Shown: positions 21,268 to 31,546 of the stretch, in pieces
How positions within the stretch are numbered: position 1 is the stretch's first letter
Layout of the letters: each line of letters opens with the position of its first letter
Origin: a virus
Taxonomy: Duplodnaviria; Caudoviricetes
Strand: one strand, 5' to 3'
Virus record (IMG/VR): IMGVR_UViG_3300036982_000125
Location: 11,637 to 75,636 of that record
Length of the DNA stretch: 64,000 nucleotides
Program-made: the position numbers and the translations under genes
Notes under the pieces: generated by a model
What the model was told of the DNA's origin: nothing
The model's database searches: none
The model's input: the letters and a program-made list of their open reading frames with translations, nothing else

Positions 21268-23955
21268 TTATTTATTTTGGTTTTGTAAATGCATCATATA
21301 CAAATTTTCTAAATCTTTTGGTGAAGTTGTTTTGAATATGTTATCTATTATACCTTCTTCTTTAGCAATTGCACCACCATATACAGTGATCCAACGATTC
21401 TCTCTTGGAGGTTTAATATAATTAACAAGTCTATATCCTCCAGGTGCATTTACAGCATCCGCACGATATTCCCAACCTGCTTTAACTACTTCTGGATTAA
21501 CATCACTTCCTTGGAAATAAGATGTAGTCCATGCTTTAGGTGAACTAGGTCCATATACAGAGTTAGTTGATTTTGTTTTGTCATTCATATTAAGTAAATC
21601 CTGAACTGGTTTCTCTTCATAGCTTGTAAGATTTAAACCTGTAAACTTTTGTAGCTCATCATGATTAACATTAGTAATAGTATGTTTAACTCCTTTTTTA
21701 TCTTTTACAATTATATTACCAGTCCATTGCTCTTTAGAATTTGTAGGTTTCTTACCTGTCCATGATATACTTATTGGATCAGCTAAAGCAGCTTGAACAG
21801 TTTCTTCTGTATCTCCTGGTCCAAAATTTCTCATACCAACACTCAAGAATGCAGATACATTAGCTACAGAAGCTTTAATTTCATCAGCACTAAACATAGG
21901 AAGACTTCCTCCTTTAACATCTGTTACACCAACTATCTTACTTAACTTATTATTAAATAATTCATTAGATTTTGATAATGCAGCATTGTATGTACTAATG
22001 TTTGAAGTGCCACGTGTGTATGAAGAATATTCTGTCATTATAGTTTGACGCATCTCCCAAGGTAACTTGTCCCAATTAGCAATCAATTTTCTTTGATTAT
22101 TTGTTAGGTCTGTTCTTTTTAATACTTTTTGTTGTTCAGAACGATTAAAAGATTTAAATAATCTTTCTACATCTCCTGTAACAAGTCCTAGCATATCTTT
22201 AGGTTCAACAAGTATTTTATCACCATTAAGATTAAAATTAATTGTTTTCTTATCTTTTAAAACATCTCCTAAAATTTTTTCAACTCCAGCTTCTTTATCA
22301 GCAGATAATTCAGCAGCTTTAGTCATTGCCATTTTATTCTTTAGAGTTTTAGAAGTGGTAGTGTATTGATTTAATTCATCTTCTAAATTAGGAGGTGGTT
22401 TTAATCCAAGCTCAGCATATTTATTCTTTATGTTAACAGCCCATCTATCTAAATATTGTTCAGGAGTTATTCCTTGTTTAGCAGCATAATTTTTTACATT
22501 TGCTAATATAGATTCATCTGAAAGATTGTAATCATTTTTATTTGCTCTAATAAGATCAGCATACATTGTGAATGCAATATCTCCTTTATCAGTAGTCAAT
22601 GTAGATATATCTTCTGTCATTATATTAATAGATGATACTTTATCTCCAGAAGTAGATCCTCCAAATAAAGGATTATTAGCATCTACTGTACCTAATTTAT
22701 TTTTAGTAGATGTTGTGTCTTTTTTATACCATTCACCTGTAAAAGGATCCTGACCATATGTAGCCATAGTTGCTATCCATCCTCGTTTATCTGTAGATCT
22801 AGCAATAGCTAAAGTTTGATTCTGATAAGCTATCTTATTCTTTTCTTGTAGAACATCAAATGCCATTCTATCTCTAACATTTTGTTGTTGCATAGCTTCA
22901 TTAGTACCATACGTACGTGAGCTATCTTCTTTAACAAATTGAGTTATTAAATTTTGTTTAAACTCCTTTGCATAGAAGTTTTGTTTAAACTCTTCTGGAT
23001 TATCTTCTGCTTGTTGAGATAATGATAAAAATGAATTGTTATTATTTAGTATAGATGCTTCTATTTCAGAATTTGCTTTTGTATAAAATTCTCTTTGTTC
23101 TGGTGTTAGATTTGTAGCATTTAATAAAGATGAAATTTCTAATGATTGAGATTGTAATTTATCATTCTCTTGATCATATTGTCCTTTCAAAGGTTCTAAT
23201 AAATTTGTAGCTTCTGTATTTCTATATGTAGACCAACCATCAATTCCTAATTGTTGCTTAACATCACCTCTACTCATTACATTATTTATAGCAGCTAATA
23301 CAGCTGGTTTATTTGTAACAAGTTTATCGATAGTTTTTGCATCAGCATATGTGTAACGTCCATTAGTAATAAGTGGTTTTCCATCATCACCAGTAACAAA
23401 TATTTGTTCTGCTACACTAGCACTTTCTCCTGCACCTACAAGAGCGTCTTGTAATTTCTTAACAATGTTTGTGTATGGAACATAATCAGCATTGAAAGAA
23501 GCTTTTAAATCTTTATTGTTAACATATTCTGAAGCAAACTTATCATAGTAGTCATCATTGTTTTTATCTGTTAATCCTTTCTTTGATAACTCTTCTCTCT
23601 TTTTATATCCTGCTCTAAGTCTAGCTGTAGAACTAACAGCATTTTGAATATCTCCATCTTTAACTATTTGCTTAGTCATTCCATTAACAGAATTAACTAA
23701 TGAGAAATCTGAGAAATCACCAGCAGCTACAAATTTTAGATTGTTACCAAGACTATTAAGTTTAGATTGAAGATAACTCTGTTGAACAGGGTTAGCAATA
23801 TCTAATCCTGCAACATTATCAATGCTAGTTTGTATTCTTTGTACACCCTCTTCATACTTCTGTTGTTTGTACATACCCACTTTCAACATTGCTTCCACAG
23901 GAAGCTGTTGTACGTAGGGATTGAAGGTGGGGATTTTATCTGTATATGAAGCCAT
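21268..23955 (-). CDS. Ejected/internal virion protein (first of the three giant cargo genes)
   Basis: 895 aa, helical/coiled-coil N-half; sits directly upstream of the RNAP as in crAss-like ejection-protein trios. Confidence 0.65.
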   Translation of the reverse strand: MASYTDKIPTFNPYVQQLPVEAMLKVGMYKQQKYEEGVQRIQTSIDNVAGLDIANPVQQSYLQSKLNSLGNNLKFVAAGDFSDFSLVNSVNGMTKQIVKDGDIQNAVSSTARLRAGYKKREELSKKGLTDKNNDDYYDKFASEYVNNKDLKASFNADYVPYTNIVKKLQDALVGAGESASVAEQIFVTGDDGKPLITNGRYTYADAKTIDKLVTNKPAVLAAINNVMSRGDVKQQLGIDGWSTYRNTEATNLLEPLKGQYDQENDKLQSQSLEISSLLNATNLTPEQREFYTKANSEIEASILNNNNSFLSLSQQAEDNPEEFKQNFYAKEFKQNLITQFVKEDSSRTYGTNEAMQQQNVRDRMAFDVLQEKNKIAYQNQTLAIARSTDKRGWIATMATYGQDPFTGEWYKKDTTSTKNKLGTVDANNPLFGGSTSGDKVSSINIMTEDISTLTTDKGDIAFTMYADLIRANKNDYNLSDESILANVKNYAAKQGITPEQYLDRWAVNIKNKYAELGLKPPPNLEDELNQYTTTSKTLKNKMAMTKAAELSADKEAGVEKILGDVLKDKKTINFNLNGDKILVEPKDMLGLVTGDVERLFKSFNRSEQQKVLKRTDLTNNQRKLIANWDKLPWEMRQTIMTEYSSYTRGTSNISTYNAALSKSNELFNNKLSKIVGVTDVKGGSLPMFSADEIKASVANVSAFLSVGMRNFGPGDTEETVQAALADPISISWTGKKPTNSKEQWTGNIIVKDKKGVKHTITNVNHDELQKFTGLNLTSYEEKPVQDLLNMNDKTKSTNSVYGPSSPKAWTTSYFQGSDVNPEVVKAGWEYRADAVNAPGGYRLVNYIKPPRENRWITVYGGAIAKEEGIIDNIFKTTSPKDLENLYMMHLQNQNK

Positions 23956-23970
23956 AGCGTATTAGTTAAG

Positions 23971-24001
23971 CAAATATAATATGAATTATTAGATTATACA
24001 A
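23971..24001 (-). promoter_or_regulatory. Bacteroidota-type promoter for the ejection protein/RNAP genes
   Basis: Minus strand TTG(24001-23999)-N20-TATATTTG(23978-23971), a full consensus match, 15 nt upstream of the ATG at 23955. Confidence 0.65.
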
Positions 24002-24026
24002 TAGGTATAATAAGTTTTGTTAATTC

Positions 24027-24049
24027 TTTATAATTAAATTAGTTATAAA
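24027..24049. promoter_or_regulatory. 23 bp palindromic operator-like box, copy 1
   Basis: TTTATAATTAAATTAGTTATAAA; 22/23 identical to 41645-41667; TTTATAA-N9-TTATAAA dyad. Confidence 0.55.
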
Positions 24050-27000
24050 TTTTTGTATGCTCTTACTACAGAGCTGTTTTTGTAATTCTTTTTAACAGGT
24101 CCTCCATTCTTTTTATTAGCAACAATACCAGGAGTTTTACCTGCTGCTTCTAATGCATCCATCTCCTCATCTTCGTCTTTTCCTAAAGATCTAATTCCTA
24201 CAATGTTTCCATTCTCATCATATGAAAATCCTTTTCCTTTAGCTAATCCTTTACCAGAATTGTTTCCTTTATCTCCACCTACAGTGGTATCAAAGAATTG
24301 TAATCCATTCCAGTTCTGAGCTCTACCACTCTTACCAAATCTATAGTTGTACATGTTTTCATATACACCTAATATTCTGTTCTCAAGTTTGTTCTTAGCA
24401 TATTTATCAGAGATAGAATTAAGAGCAGCTTGTGTTGTAGCTTTAGTATTAGATAAAGCTTGTGCTTGTCTTTGATATTGTGTATCATAGATACCAAGGT
24501 TTGTAAGTTTAGCTTGATTAAGTATCTGTCTATTCTCACCATACACTTTATCTTTCATCTCTTGGTTAGCTCTAAATTGATTACCTAACACTTGTTGGTT
24601 AGCTTGATACTTCTGAGCATTTAGATTAGCTTGAGCTGCAGGATTATATCCTGATATTCTTTGCATAGCTCTGTAGTCTGCTTGGTTAGCATTCAATTGA
24701 TCTTGTAATGATATATCATAAGGCACACCAATCTCTGGTTGATATCCTTGAGCTGGTACTGGTTCTAATTGATTAGAAGACATTGCATACATCTCTGGAT
24801 ATAACTGTGCCATATCAAGAGCTTCTTGATCTGAAGGTCTTAAATAGTTAAGAGCTTGATTAGCATAAATTTCCCAAGGGAATCTAGTTTTTCCTTTTGC
24901 TGGAGGTGCAGATGTTTCACCAGGAACAGTTGCTATGTATTCTTCTTCTGCATTAGCATGCGTTGATTTCTTATTCTCTTCAATTCTTGCAGTTACAGTC
25001 TCTTCTCCATATGCCCCATCCTCAGTTATACGTGCTGATGATCCATTTGCTTTAGCTCTAGCATTAAATGCTTTTTGGAAATTCAATACATCTGCTTTCT
25101 TTTTAGGATCAAACGTACTCCAACCTGGATACCAAGAATTAGCTTTCTTAGCTTCTTCAAGCATTGCTGGTGTCAACTTACCATGTAATCCTGTTTTAGG
25201 ATCATACTTCTGACCTGTAGGAACATAACCAAGTGCTTTAGCATCTTTAGTTTCAGATTCTTTATCAGAAAAAGTCTTTAGAGTTCTTTTATATTCTTTG
25301 CTCTTACCATCAGGTCCATATTTACCAGTCCAAGTAAATCCTTTTGATTTAGCTTCTGCATCATCTTTAAATGATGTTGGAAATTTAGTAGTTTCTGTTG
25401 TAACTGTTTTACCATTTGCAGCTTTACTTATTGCATCTCCCCATCGTGCTTCTCTTGTTTGCATAGCTTCTTTATCTATTTTAACTTTACCTCTTGCAAG
25501 ATCATCAGCAACTAATCCATTTTCTTCTGCTGTATCATTGATTGCATTTTGTAAATGTGCTGCATTAATTTTCTTGTCAGCAATATCTTTAAGTTTCATA
25601 TTAGCTCCTTGTATGTTAGCTTGTAATGCTGTCATTTTAAGTTTATCAAATGATGTCAATGGTTCAAACCCATCTAACTCACTAGTTGATTTCTCTATAA
25701 GTCTATTTTGTTTTTCTTCACCTTTTGATAAATCAGCTACATAGTTCTTAAACTTCTTACCCTTAGCAGATTTATCTCCTAACAAATCTATATATTGATT
25801 AGGTATTTTAAGGTTACCAAATACCACACCAGACTTTTGAACTTCTCCTGTTTCAGGATCTACTACACCACCTTCTTCTAATTCTACCATAGGCTCTCCT
25901 CTTTCAACTTCTACTGGATTACCACCATAAGTAACACCAATACCAGTTTCACCATTAGGAGAATATTCTTCATGACTCTTACCTCTAAACATAACTGTTT
26001 CTCCAGATCCTGGTAGATAAGGATTTTGTGAAATAGTCTCAGCTCCTCCACCCCAATGTGTTTGTAACTCTCCACCTAATCCATATGATTTAACTCCTCC
26101 ACCATCTTCGTATGTTTCCATAGCTCTTTCACTAGGAGGTGTATAAGATTTTAAATGTCCACCAGCTCTAAACTCATCTTTGTGTGCATAGTCAGCAAAG
26201 TCTTGTGCATTAACATCACCAAACATTGTTATCACTTGTGGATTGTATTCAGGATTCATATACCCACCATCTTCATAGTTAGCAATATCACCACCATCTC
26301 TTACGTATGATGAATTTCCTGCATTCAATGATTGGAATCCAGAGTTAAGACCCATCTTTGTTATATTTCTTTGTGTAGCTGCTTGAGCCTTCTTCATTCT
26401 CTTACCATTTGTATCTAAAGCATTACCTGCTATACCACCAACAAATCCACCAATTGCTCCACCAATAGGTCCACCAATAAGAGTACCTGCAGTGCCTCCT
26501 ATTGTACTACCAATGTTTCCACCAGCATTTTGTCCACCCATTGCTGTTTGACCTATGTTTGTAGCTATACCACTAATTTGTCCATACATGTCTGGAGACA
26601 TTCCACCACCATCTTGCATACTATGTAATCTTCCACCATGATAAAAAGATTTAACTTGGTTTGAATCATTTAATGGTTCATAACCACCATCTGTATAAAT
26701 ATCATATCCATCATTATATGTATTTTGTATCTCTGTAGGATTACCTCCTATCATTCCACCACCTTCTAATCTAACACCATTTCTAGCAAGTACATTTGTA
26801 CCTACACCATATATAGGAAAGAACTCTTCGCCAGTATTTTGTATATCTTCTGGTCTTACATACTTTCTTTTTATTTGTTCTGGTCTACTTTCTGATGCTT
26901 TTAATGTAATATCACTTACAGCTTTTTGTTGTTCAGCAGCTCTTCTTGCTGTTTTCTCTTTACCTAAAGCTTGAAATCCTTCATATATTTTTCCAACAGG

Positions 27001-27684
27001 TCCTGCATATTTTGAAATACCACCAAGTATACTATCAAGACCACTTTGTTCAGGACCACCTTGTAATTGTTGTGCTGTAGGTAATGCTGCACTTGGTCCT
27101 TGTTGTGGAAGTTGTGATAATCCTGCAGGTTGTAAACTTCCTACACTTTGAAGTGGTTGTTGTTGAGGACCAGCATATGTCTGTGCACCTTGTCCATAGT
27201 TTAATGATCCTGCTCCATTCCAACCAACTTGTGCTCTAGGAATATCAGCTCCATATCTAGCACCACCAAGCATACTCATTAATCCTTCACTACCACCACC
27301 GCCTCCACTAAGCATACTCATAAGACCACCAGATCCTCCAGCACCACCACCTAATTGTCCAAGTATAGAACTAATTGCATCTCCACCACCTCCACCAGCA
27401 GCAGGAGCAGGATTAGCAGATTGAATAGCAGCTTGATCAACAAGTTGTTTCTGTCTCATCTCATCTGTCATACCAGTTACATCCATATCTGCTTGATCAT
27501 AGAAATCTTTTAAAGCAATCATCTTAGGATTTAAGGTTTTATCACCTCCACTAATAATGGTTCCCATCTGAGCTTTCTTAAAAGCTTTACCATGTTGTTT
27601 CATGAATGCTTCCTCTGAAGGATATTTCTTGTAGAACTCCTTTTCAGATTTAACTCCTGCTATTTTTAAAATTTGTGCCTTCAT
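24043..27684 (-). CDS. Low-complexity internal cargo protein with repeated xxxGG motifs and a PG-binding-like domain
   Basis: 1213 aa, Gly/Gln-rich. Repeated YEDGG/MQDGG/ARNG-type motifs; VLNFQKAF...EDGAYGEETVTA resembles peptidoglycan-binding domain 1. Confidence 0.6.
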   Translation of the reverse strand: MKAQILKIAGVKSEKEFYKKYPSEEAFMKQHGKAFKKAQMGTIISGGDKTLNPKMIALKDFYDQADMDVTGMTDEMRQKQLVDQAAIQSANPAPAAGGGGGDAISSILGQLGGGAGGSGGLMSMLSGGGGGSEGLMSMLGGARYGADIPRAQVGWNGAGSLNYGQGAQTYAGPQQQPLQSVGSLQPAGLSQLPQQGPSAALPTAQQLQGGPEQSGLDSILGGISKYAGPVGKIYEGFQALGKEKTARRAAEQQKAVSDITLKASESRPEQIKRKYVRPEDIQNTGEEFFPIYGVGTNVLARNGVRLEGGGMIGGNPTEIQNTYNDGYDIYTDGGYEPLNDSNQVKSFYHGGRLHSMQDGGGMSPDMYGQISGIATNIGQTAMGGQNAGGNIGSTIGGTAGTLIGGPIGGAIGGFVGGIAGNALDTNGKRMKKAQAATQRNITKMGLNSGFQSLNAGNSSYVRDGGDIANYEDGGYMNPEYNPQVITMFGDVNAQDFADYAHKDEFRAGGHLKSYTPPSERAMETYEDGGGVKSYGLGGELQTHWGGGAETISQNPYLPGSGETVMFRGKSHEEYSPNGETGIGVTYGGNPVEVERGEPMVELEEGGVVDPETGEVQKSGVVFGNLKIPNQYIDLLGDKSAKGKKFKNYVADLSKGEEKQNRLIEKSTSELDGFEPLTSFDKLKMTALQANIQGANMKLKDIADKKINAAHLQNAINDTAEENGLVADDLARGKVKIDKEAMQTREARWGDAISKAANGKTVTTETTKFPTSFKDDAEAKSKGFTWTGKYGPDGKSKEYKRTLKTFSDKESETKDAKALGYVPTGQKYDPKTGLHGKLTPAMLEEAKKANSWYPGWSTFDPKKKADVLNFQKAFNARAKANGSSARITEDGAYGEETVTARIEENKKSTHANAEEEYIATVPGETSAPPAKGKTRFPWEIYANQALNYLRPSDQEALDMAQLYPEMYAMSSNQLEPVPAQGYQPEIGVPYDISLQDQLNANQADYRAMQRISGYNPAAQANLNAQKYQANQQVLGNQFRANQEMKDKVYGENRQILNQAKLTNLGIYDTQYQRQAQALSNTKATTQAALNSISDKYAKNKLENRILGVYENMYNYRFGKSGRAQNWNGLQFFDTTVGGDKGNNSGKGLAKGKGFSYDENGNIVGIRSLGKDEDEEMDALEAAGKTPGIVANKKNGGPVKKNYKNSSVVRAYKNL

Positions 27685-27685
27685 A

Positions 27686-30600
27686 TTAATTGTATTTGTT
27701 TAACCATCCACCGACAGTTGGTTTATTATAATTGGTAAAGTTAGTCAATTGGTCTAAGTTCTCCAAACCTTTTTGTTCTTGTCTTAATCCATTCTTAGCC
27801 ATAGGAAACTCATCAACATATTTAGTACCTTTTTTATATTTATGTTTCTCTCCTGGATACATTATTTTTCTTTCTCCTTTATCTGATATTCCTAATAATG
27901 GTTGTGTTAATGGTTCATCTGTTAAAGGATCTGGACCCATGTCTATATATGATCCTGGTTCACTTTGATTAATTCTTGTTGGTTCTCCTTTATGTTCTCC
28001 CCATTGTCCTCTATCATCTTTAATGATTCCTCCTTCTTCAAATTTAGGATAATTTTTTAAATTTTCAATTTGTTGTTCCCATGCTTTTATTCTTTCTGGC
28101 CCTTCCCATGCAGTATGTTCAATAGGTCTAAGTGATTCAATTTCACCTTGTAATGCTAATTTTAAATCATCTACATAATGCGTAGATGAATAAGGTAGAT
28201 TACCATGTGACATAAAAGGTTTTCCAAAAACTTTACTTACAGGAACTGTTACACCTCTTGGAGATTGCATACCTTGAGCATTTGTTTTATAAAAAATATT
28301 TTCTAATAAAGTATTTCCTGAAATTTTATTTGGAACTACATCTTTTAAATTAAGATGAGGATCTAAATCCCATACATCATTATATTGTGTTCCTTCTTTT
28401 GTCATTACTTTATTATAACCACCCATTATACGTCTTTCTCTATCTACAGCTATAGGATTTTCTAATATATCCATAAACCTACCTCTACTAACTCCTGATG
28501 GATATTCTGGAATATCTCCAAGTACTCTTTTTGAATTAATGTTATAAATATCCATTCCTTCTAAAGAACCTGGTTTATATGAAGGATGTATTGCTGGTGC
28601 AGTATCTGCTATACCAAATGTTTTATGTACTTGTGGTCTTCCTAAATATAACTTCCAAGCGTCTAATCTTTCAGGATCAATTTTATTTATATCTACCCCA
28701 CCTTGTTTTATATTATTAATTGTCTGTGACAATTTAGTTCCATTATTTGTTCCTGTATAACCATAAGGTGTTATATATTTTTCAGCAAGTTCTGATACTA
28801 TAGGAGTATATCCTTTTCTTTGATTAGAAGTTATACCTACTTGCTCCATTTGCTTTTTAGCTATCTCATAATCACTAAGTCCTTGTAACTGTCCTTCTTT
28901 TTTTATTTTACTTAAACTTGTATTAATATTTAATTCATTTGATACTTTTCCTATCAGTCCTTCTTCTGGACCTAATGCTCTTCCTAATCTTTTTGCAGCA
29001 GGAATACCAATAGGCAAAGCCATAAGAGCATCTATTGCAGCACCTTTATAATCACCTTCAGCTATATGTCCAGGCATTTTAAAAGCTCCTTGTAATGCAC
29101 CAATTGCTGCTCCTTCAGGAGTGAAATATCCTGGAGACATTAATGGAGACTTGTAAACTTCTTCCATATTTCCTTGCACCCAATCTTTACGTGCTTGTAA
29201 TTCTGAAGCTTCTTGTGCTTGTTTATTTTCTTCTATAGCTCTTTGTTCTTTTTCTTTATCTGTAGCTATTTTACCTATCTTAGGTGTAACAGTTCTTGTA
29301 TTATCTTTTTGTGTAACAGTAGTTTCTTTACCTCTGCCTTTGCTCTGTTGAATCTTTCTATTCATTGCATCATTTTGGATGCTTCTTATAGAAGGATGAG
29401 ACTCTCTAAATTTATCTAAAATATCACCATCTTGTGCTTTATCATATTTAGATAACCAAGATCCATTCTTACTAATAGTCTTAGGTTGCCAATCTAATCC
29501 ATTCTGATAGTATTGCATCTCTTTACCATTCTGTGCAGAAGCATCTGTAACATCAACTTTATTTCTATGTGGTCCTTTACTAGGAGCAGCTCCTTGTGTA
29601 CGTGCATATGAGAAACCTGGAGCTCCTGCTATGGTTCCACCCATTGCAAATTTCTCTTGAGGAAATATTATTGTTTCTCCTTTCTCAACTGCTGGATGTC
29701 TAGTTTCACTTTCCCATTTATCAGCTTCTTGCCATGTTTTAAATGGACCACCTAGATGTTCTCCTGTTTTTCTAAATTCATCAACAGGATCATATATAGG
29801 ATGACCATATTTAAAGTTAGGAACTAAATAAGCTGGTTCTCCATTTTCTCCACCAATTGTTCCAGCTCTTTCAGTACTAGGATCAGAATAAGGAATTCTA
29901 TATCCCTCTGGTAACTTATCACTAGTTGGTTGTAAGAAAGTTAATTCTTTTCCTTCTTGTGCTTGAGGAACATAATTAACTGGATAGACAGATCCACCCA
30001 TTTGATAATTAGGAGTTAGTTCTACATCTTGTCTTAATTGTTTTAATCTTTCTTGTGCTTTAGGATTTTTACTGTTTCCGTATTTATCCTGTATAGATTG
30101 ATTATATGCATCAGCAGCTCGCATAGCTTCTGTTGCTTGTTCTACACTAAGACCTTGTTGATCATAATTATAATAATCACTAGGACCATTTATTGTTTGT
30201 CTTTGAGATTTTACATCATAATATTTAGCACGTCTAACTTCTGGATGTATTTCTGCATCAGCATCTATATTAAAATCACCTTGTACTAATCCTGATGGTT
30301 GTAGATTGTTTTGTATTCCTTGTATAGGTTGTCTTTGAATAGGTTCAAATCTTCCTTCTCCTTCTCCTGTGTGTATAGTTTTATATTGAGGAGCATTGTT
30401 ATCTTTTACTATTACTTGTTGTTGTGGTTTTTTATAAACAGGATAGTTATATAGTACCTCTTTTTTATCATCACTTTCTACTGTAATAAGCCTACTAGGT
30501 TTAATAGGGCCAGTAAAACCAACTGCTTTATTATAACTTATGTTTTTATTTCCAAAGTCTTTAATAGCATCTTTAGTAGCATTATAACCTTTATTGTACA

Positions 30601-30841
30601 AAGATAAACTATCTTGATAAGCTTTATATCTAGGATCATTTTTTGATTCTACATATTTAACTTTCTTTCCTTTCTGAGCCATAGAAATTTCTCCTCCTTC
30701 TTGAAACTGTCCACCCCACGCAGGAGAATAGTTTCTACCTTTCATAGAATATCCTTCTCCTTCATATCCTTTAGGAACAGAGGTATTGGAATCATTATAA
30801 TTCTCTTGTTTACCGTAATTATCTAACCAACCTTTTGCCAT
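27686..30841 (-). CDS. Mosaic internal cargo protein (start revised to MAKGWLDNY)
   Basis: The ORF-track start at 30907 overlaps the upstream endonuclease; the in-frame ATG at 30841 follows its stop by 1 nt. Repeated FQEGG/YQMGG/AQxG and WLxKY motifs. Confidence 0.65.
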   Translation of the reverse strand: MAKGWLDNYGKQENYNDSNTSVPKGYEGEGYSMKGRNYSPAWGGQFQEGGEISMAQKGKKVKYVESKNDPRYKAYQDSLSLYNKGYNATKDAIKDFGNKNISYNKAVGFTGPIKPSRLITVESDDKKEVLYNYPVYKKPQQQVIVKDNNAPQYKTIHTGEGEGRFEPIQRQPIQGIQNNLQPSGLVQGDFNIDADAEIHPEVRRAKYYDVKSQRQTINGPSDYYNYDQQGLSVEQATEAMRAADAYNQSIQDKYGNSKNPKAQERLKQLRQDVELTPNYQMGGSVYPVNYVPQAQEGKELTFLQPTSDKLPEGYRIPYSDPSTERAGTIGGENGEPAYLVPNFKYGHPIYDPVDEFRKTGEHLGGPFKTWQEADKWESETRHPAVEKGETIIFPQEKFAMGGTIAGAPGFSYARTQGAAPSKGPHRNKVDVTDASAQNGKEMQYYQNGLDWQPKTISKNGSWLSKYDKAQDGDILDKFRESHPSIRSIQNDAMNRKIQQSKGRGKETTVTQKDNTRTVTPKIGKIATDKEKEQRAIEENKQAQEASELQARKDWVQGNMEEVYKSPLMSPGYFTPEGAAIGALQGAFKMPGHIAEGDYKGAAIDALMALPIGIPAAKRLGRALGPEEGLIGKVSNELNINTSLSKIKKEGQLQGLSDYEIAKKQMEQVGITSNQRKGYTPIVSELAEKYITPYGYTGTNNGTKLSQTINNIKQGGVDINKIDPERLDAWKLYLGRPQVHKTFGIADTAPAIHPSYKPGSLEGMDIYNINSKRVLGDIPEYPSGVSRGRFMDILENPIAVDRERRIMGGYNKVMTKEGTQYNDVWDLDPHLNLKDVVPNKISGNTLLENIFYKTNAQGMQSPRGVTVPVSKVFGKPFMSHGNLPYSSTHYVDDLKLALQGEIESLRPIEHTAWEGPERIKAWEQQIENLKNYPKFEEGGIIKDDRGQWGEHKGEPTRINQSEPGSYIDMGPDPLTDEPLTQPLLGISDKGERKIMYPGEKHKYKKGTKYVDEFPMAKNGLRQEQKGLENLDQLTNFTNYNKPTVGGWLNKYN

Positions 30842-30842
30842 T

Positions 30843-31544
30843 TTACTTGTAAGAGATTTGTGCTTTCCAGATATACCCTCCAGAAGTTTTTGTTTTACCC
30901 TGTACACAATGTCTTATTGATGTTGGGTGTAAATTTATTTCCTTAGCTGCTATGGTAGCACTTTGCCATTCTCTAATAAAATTACCTTCTAAATCATATT
31001 GATTAATTGGTTTTGAATTAGCTAAGATTTGACCTTTGTATAATTTTTCTAAGTGTTCTTTAGAAGTTTTTTTACCTTTATGTGAATTAGATATTTTAAG
31101 TTTAGTTTCTTCACTATGTAAATATCCTTTTCTTGATTCATTTCTTTTTTGTTTTTCTTCTTGAGACTGTTTTCTACCAGTCATAAATATTTTATGTTTT
31201 TCAATTTTTTCTTTACTAGGTATATAACCTATGAACCCATCTCCTCCATCGGTCATATTAGATAATATTCCAGTATTGTTATTTATTCTACCATATAAAG
31301 ATATAAACTCTATTTCTTTTTCTTTTATAAATTCATAATCATCTGACTCAAAAAGAATTTCTATTTCATAAGAAGTTTTATTAACTATATTATTCCAAAT
31401 ATAAGATTCCTTTCTATTTGTTTCATGAGCTCTTCTATATTCTGACTTAACACTATTATGTGTTCTAGGTTGTTTAGTACCAATTCCAATATAGAAAGGT
31501 TCATTTTTATCAAGTCTTATGTGTCTATATAAATAATGTCTCAT
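30843..31544 (-). mobile_element. Free-standing GIY-YIG homing endonuclease with NUMOD3 and NUMOD1/HTH
   Basis: YLYRHIRLDKNEPFYIGIG; HSEETKLKISNSHKGK; KPINQYDLEGNFIREWQSATIAAKE. Confidence 0.9.
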
Positions 31545-31546
31545 AA

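Noticed and set aside
30842-30907. N-terminal extension MYRVKQKLLEGISGKHKSLTSK of the cargo gene
   Set aside because: Overlaps the endonuclease 3' end; the ATG at 30841 is coupled to its stop.
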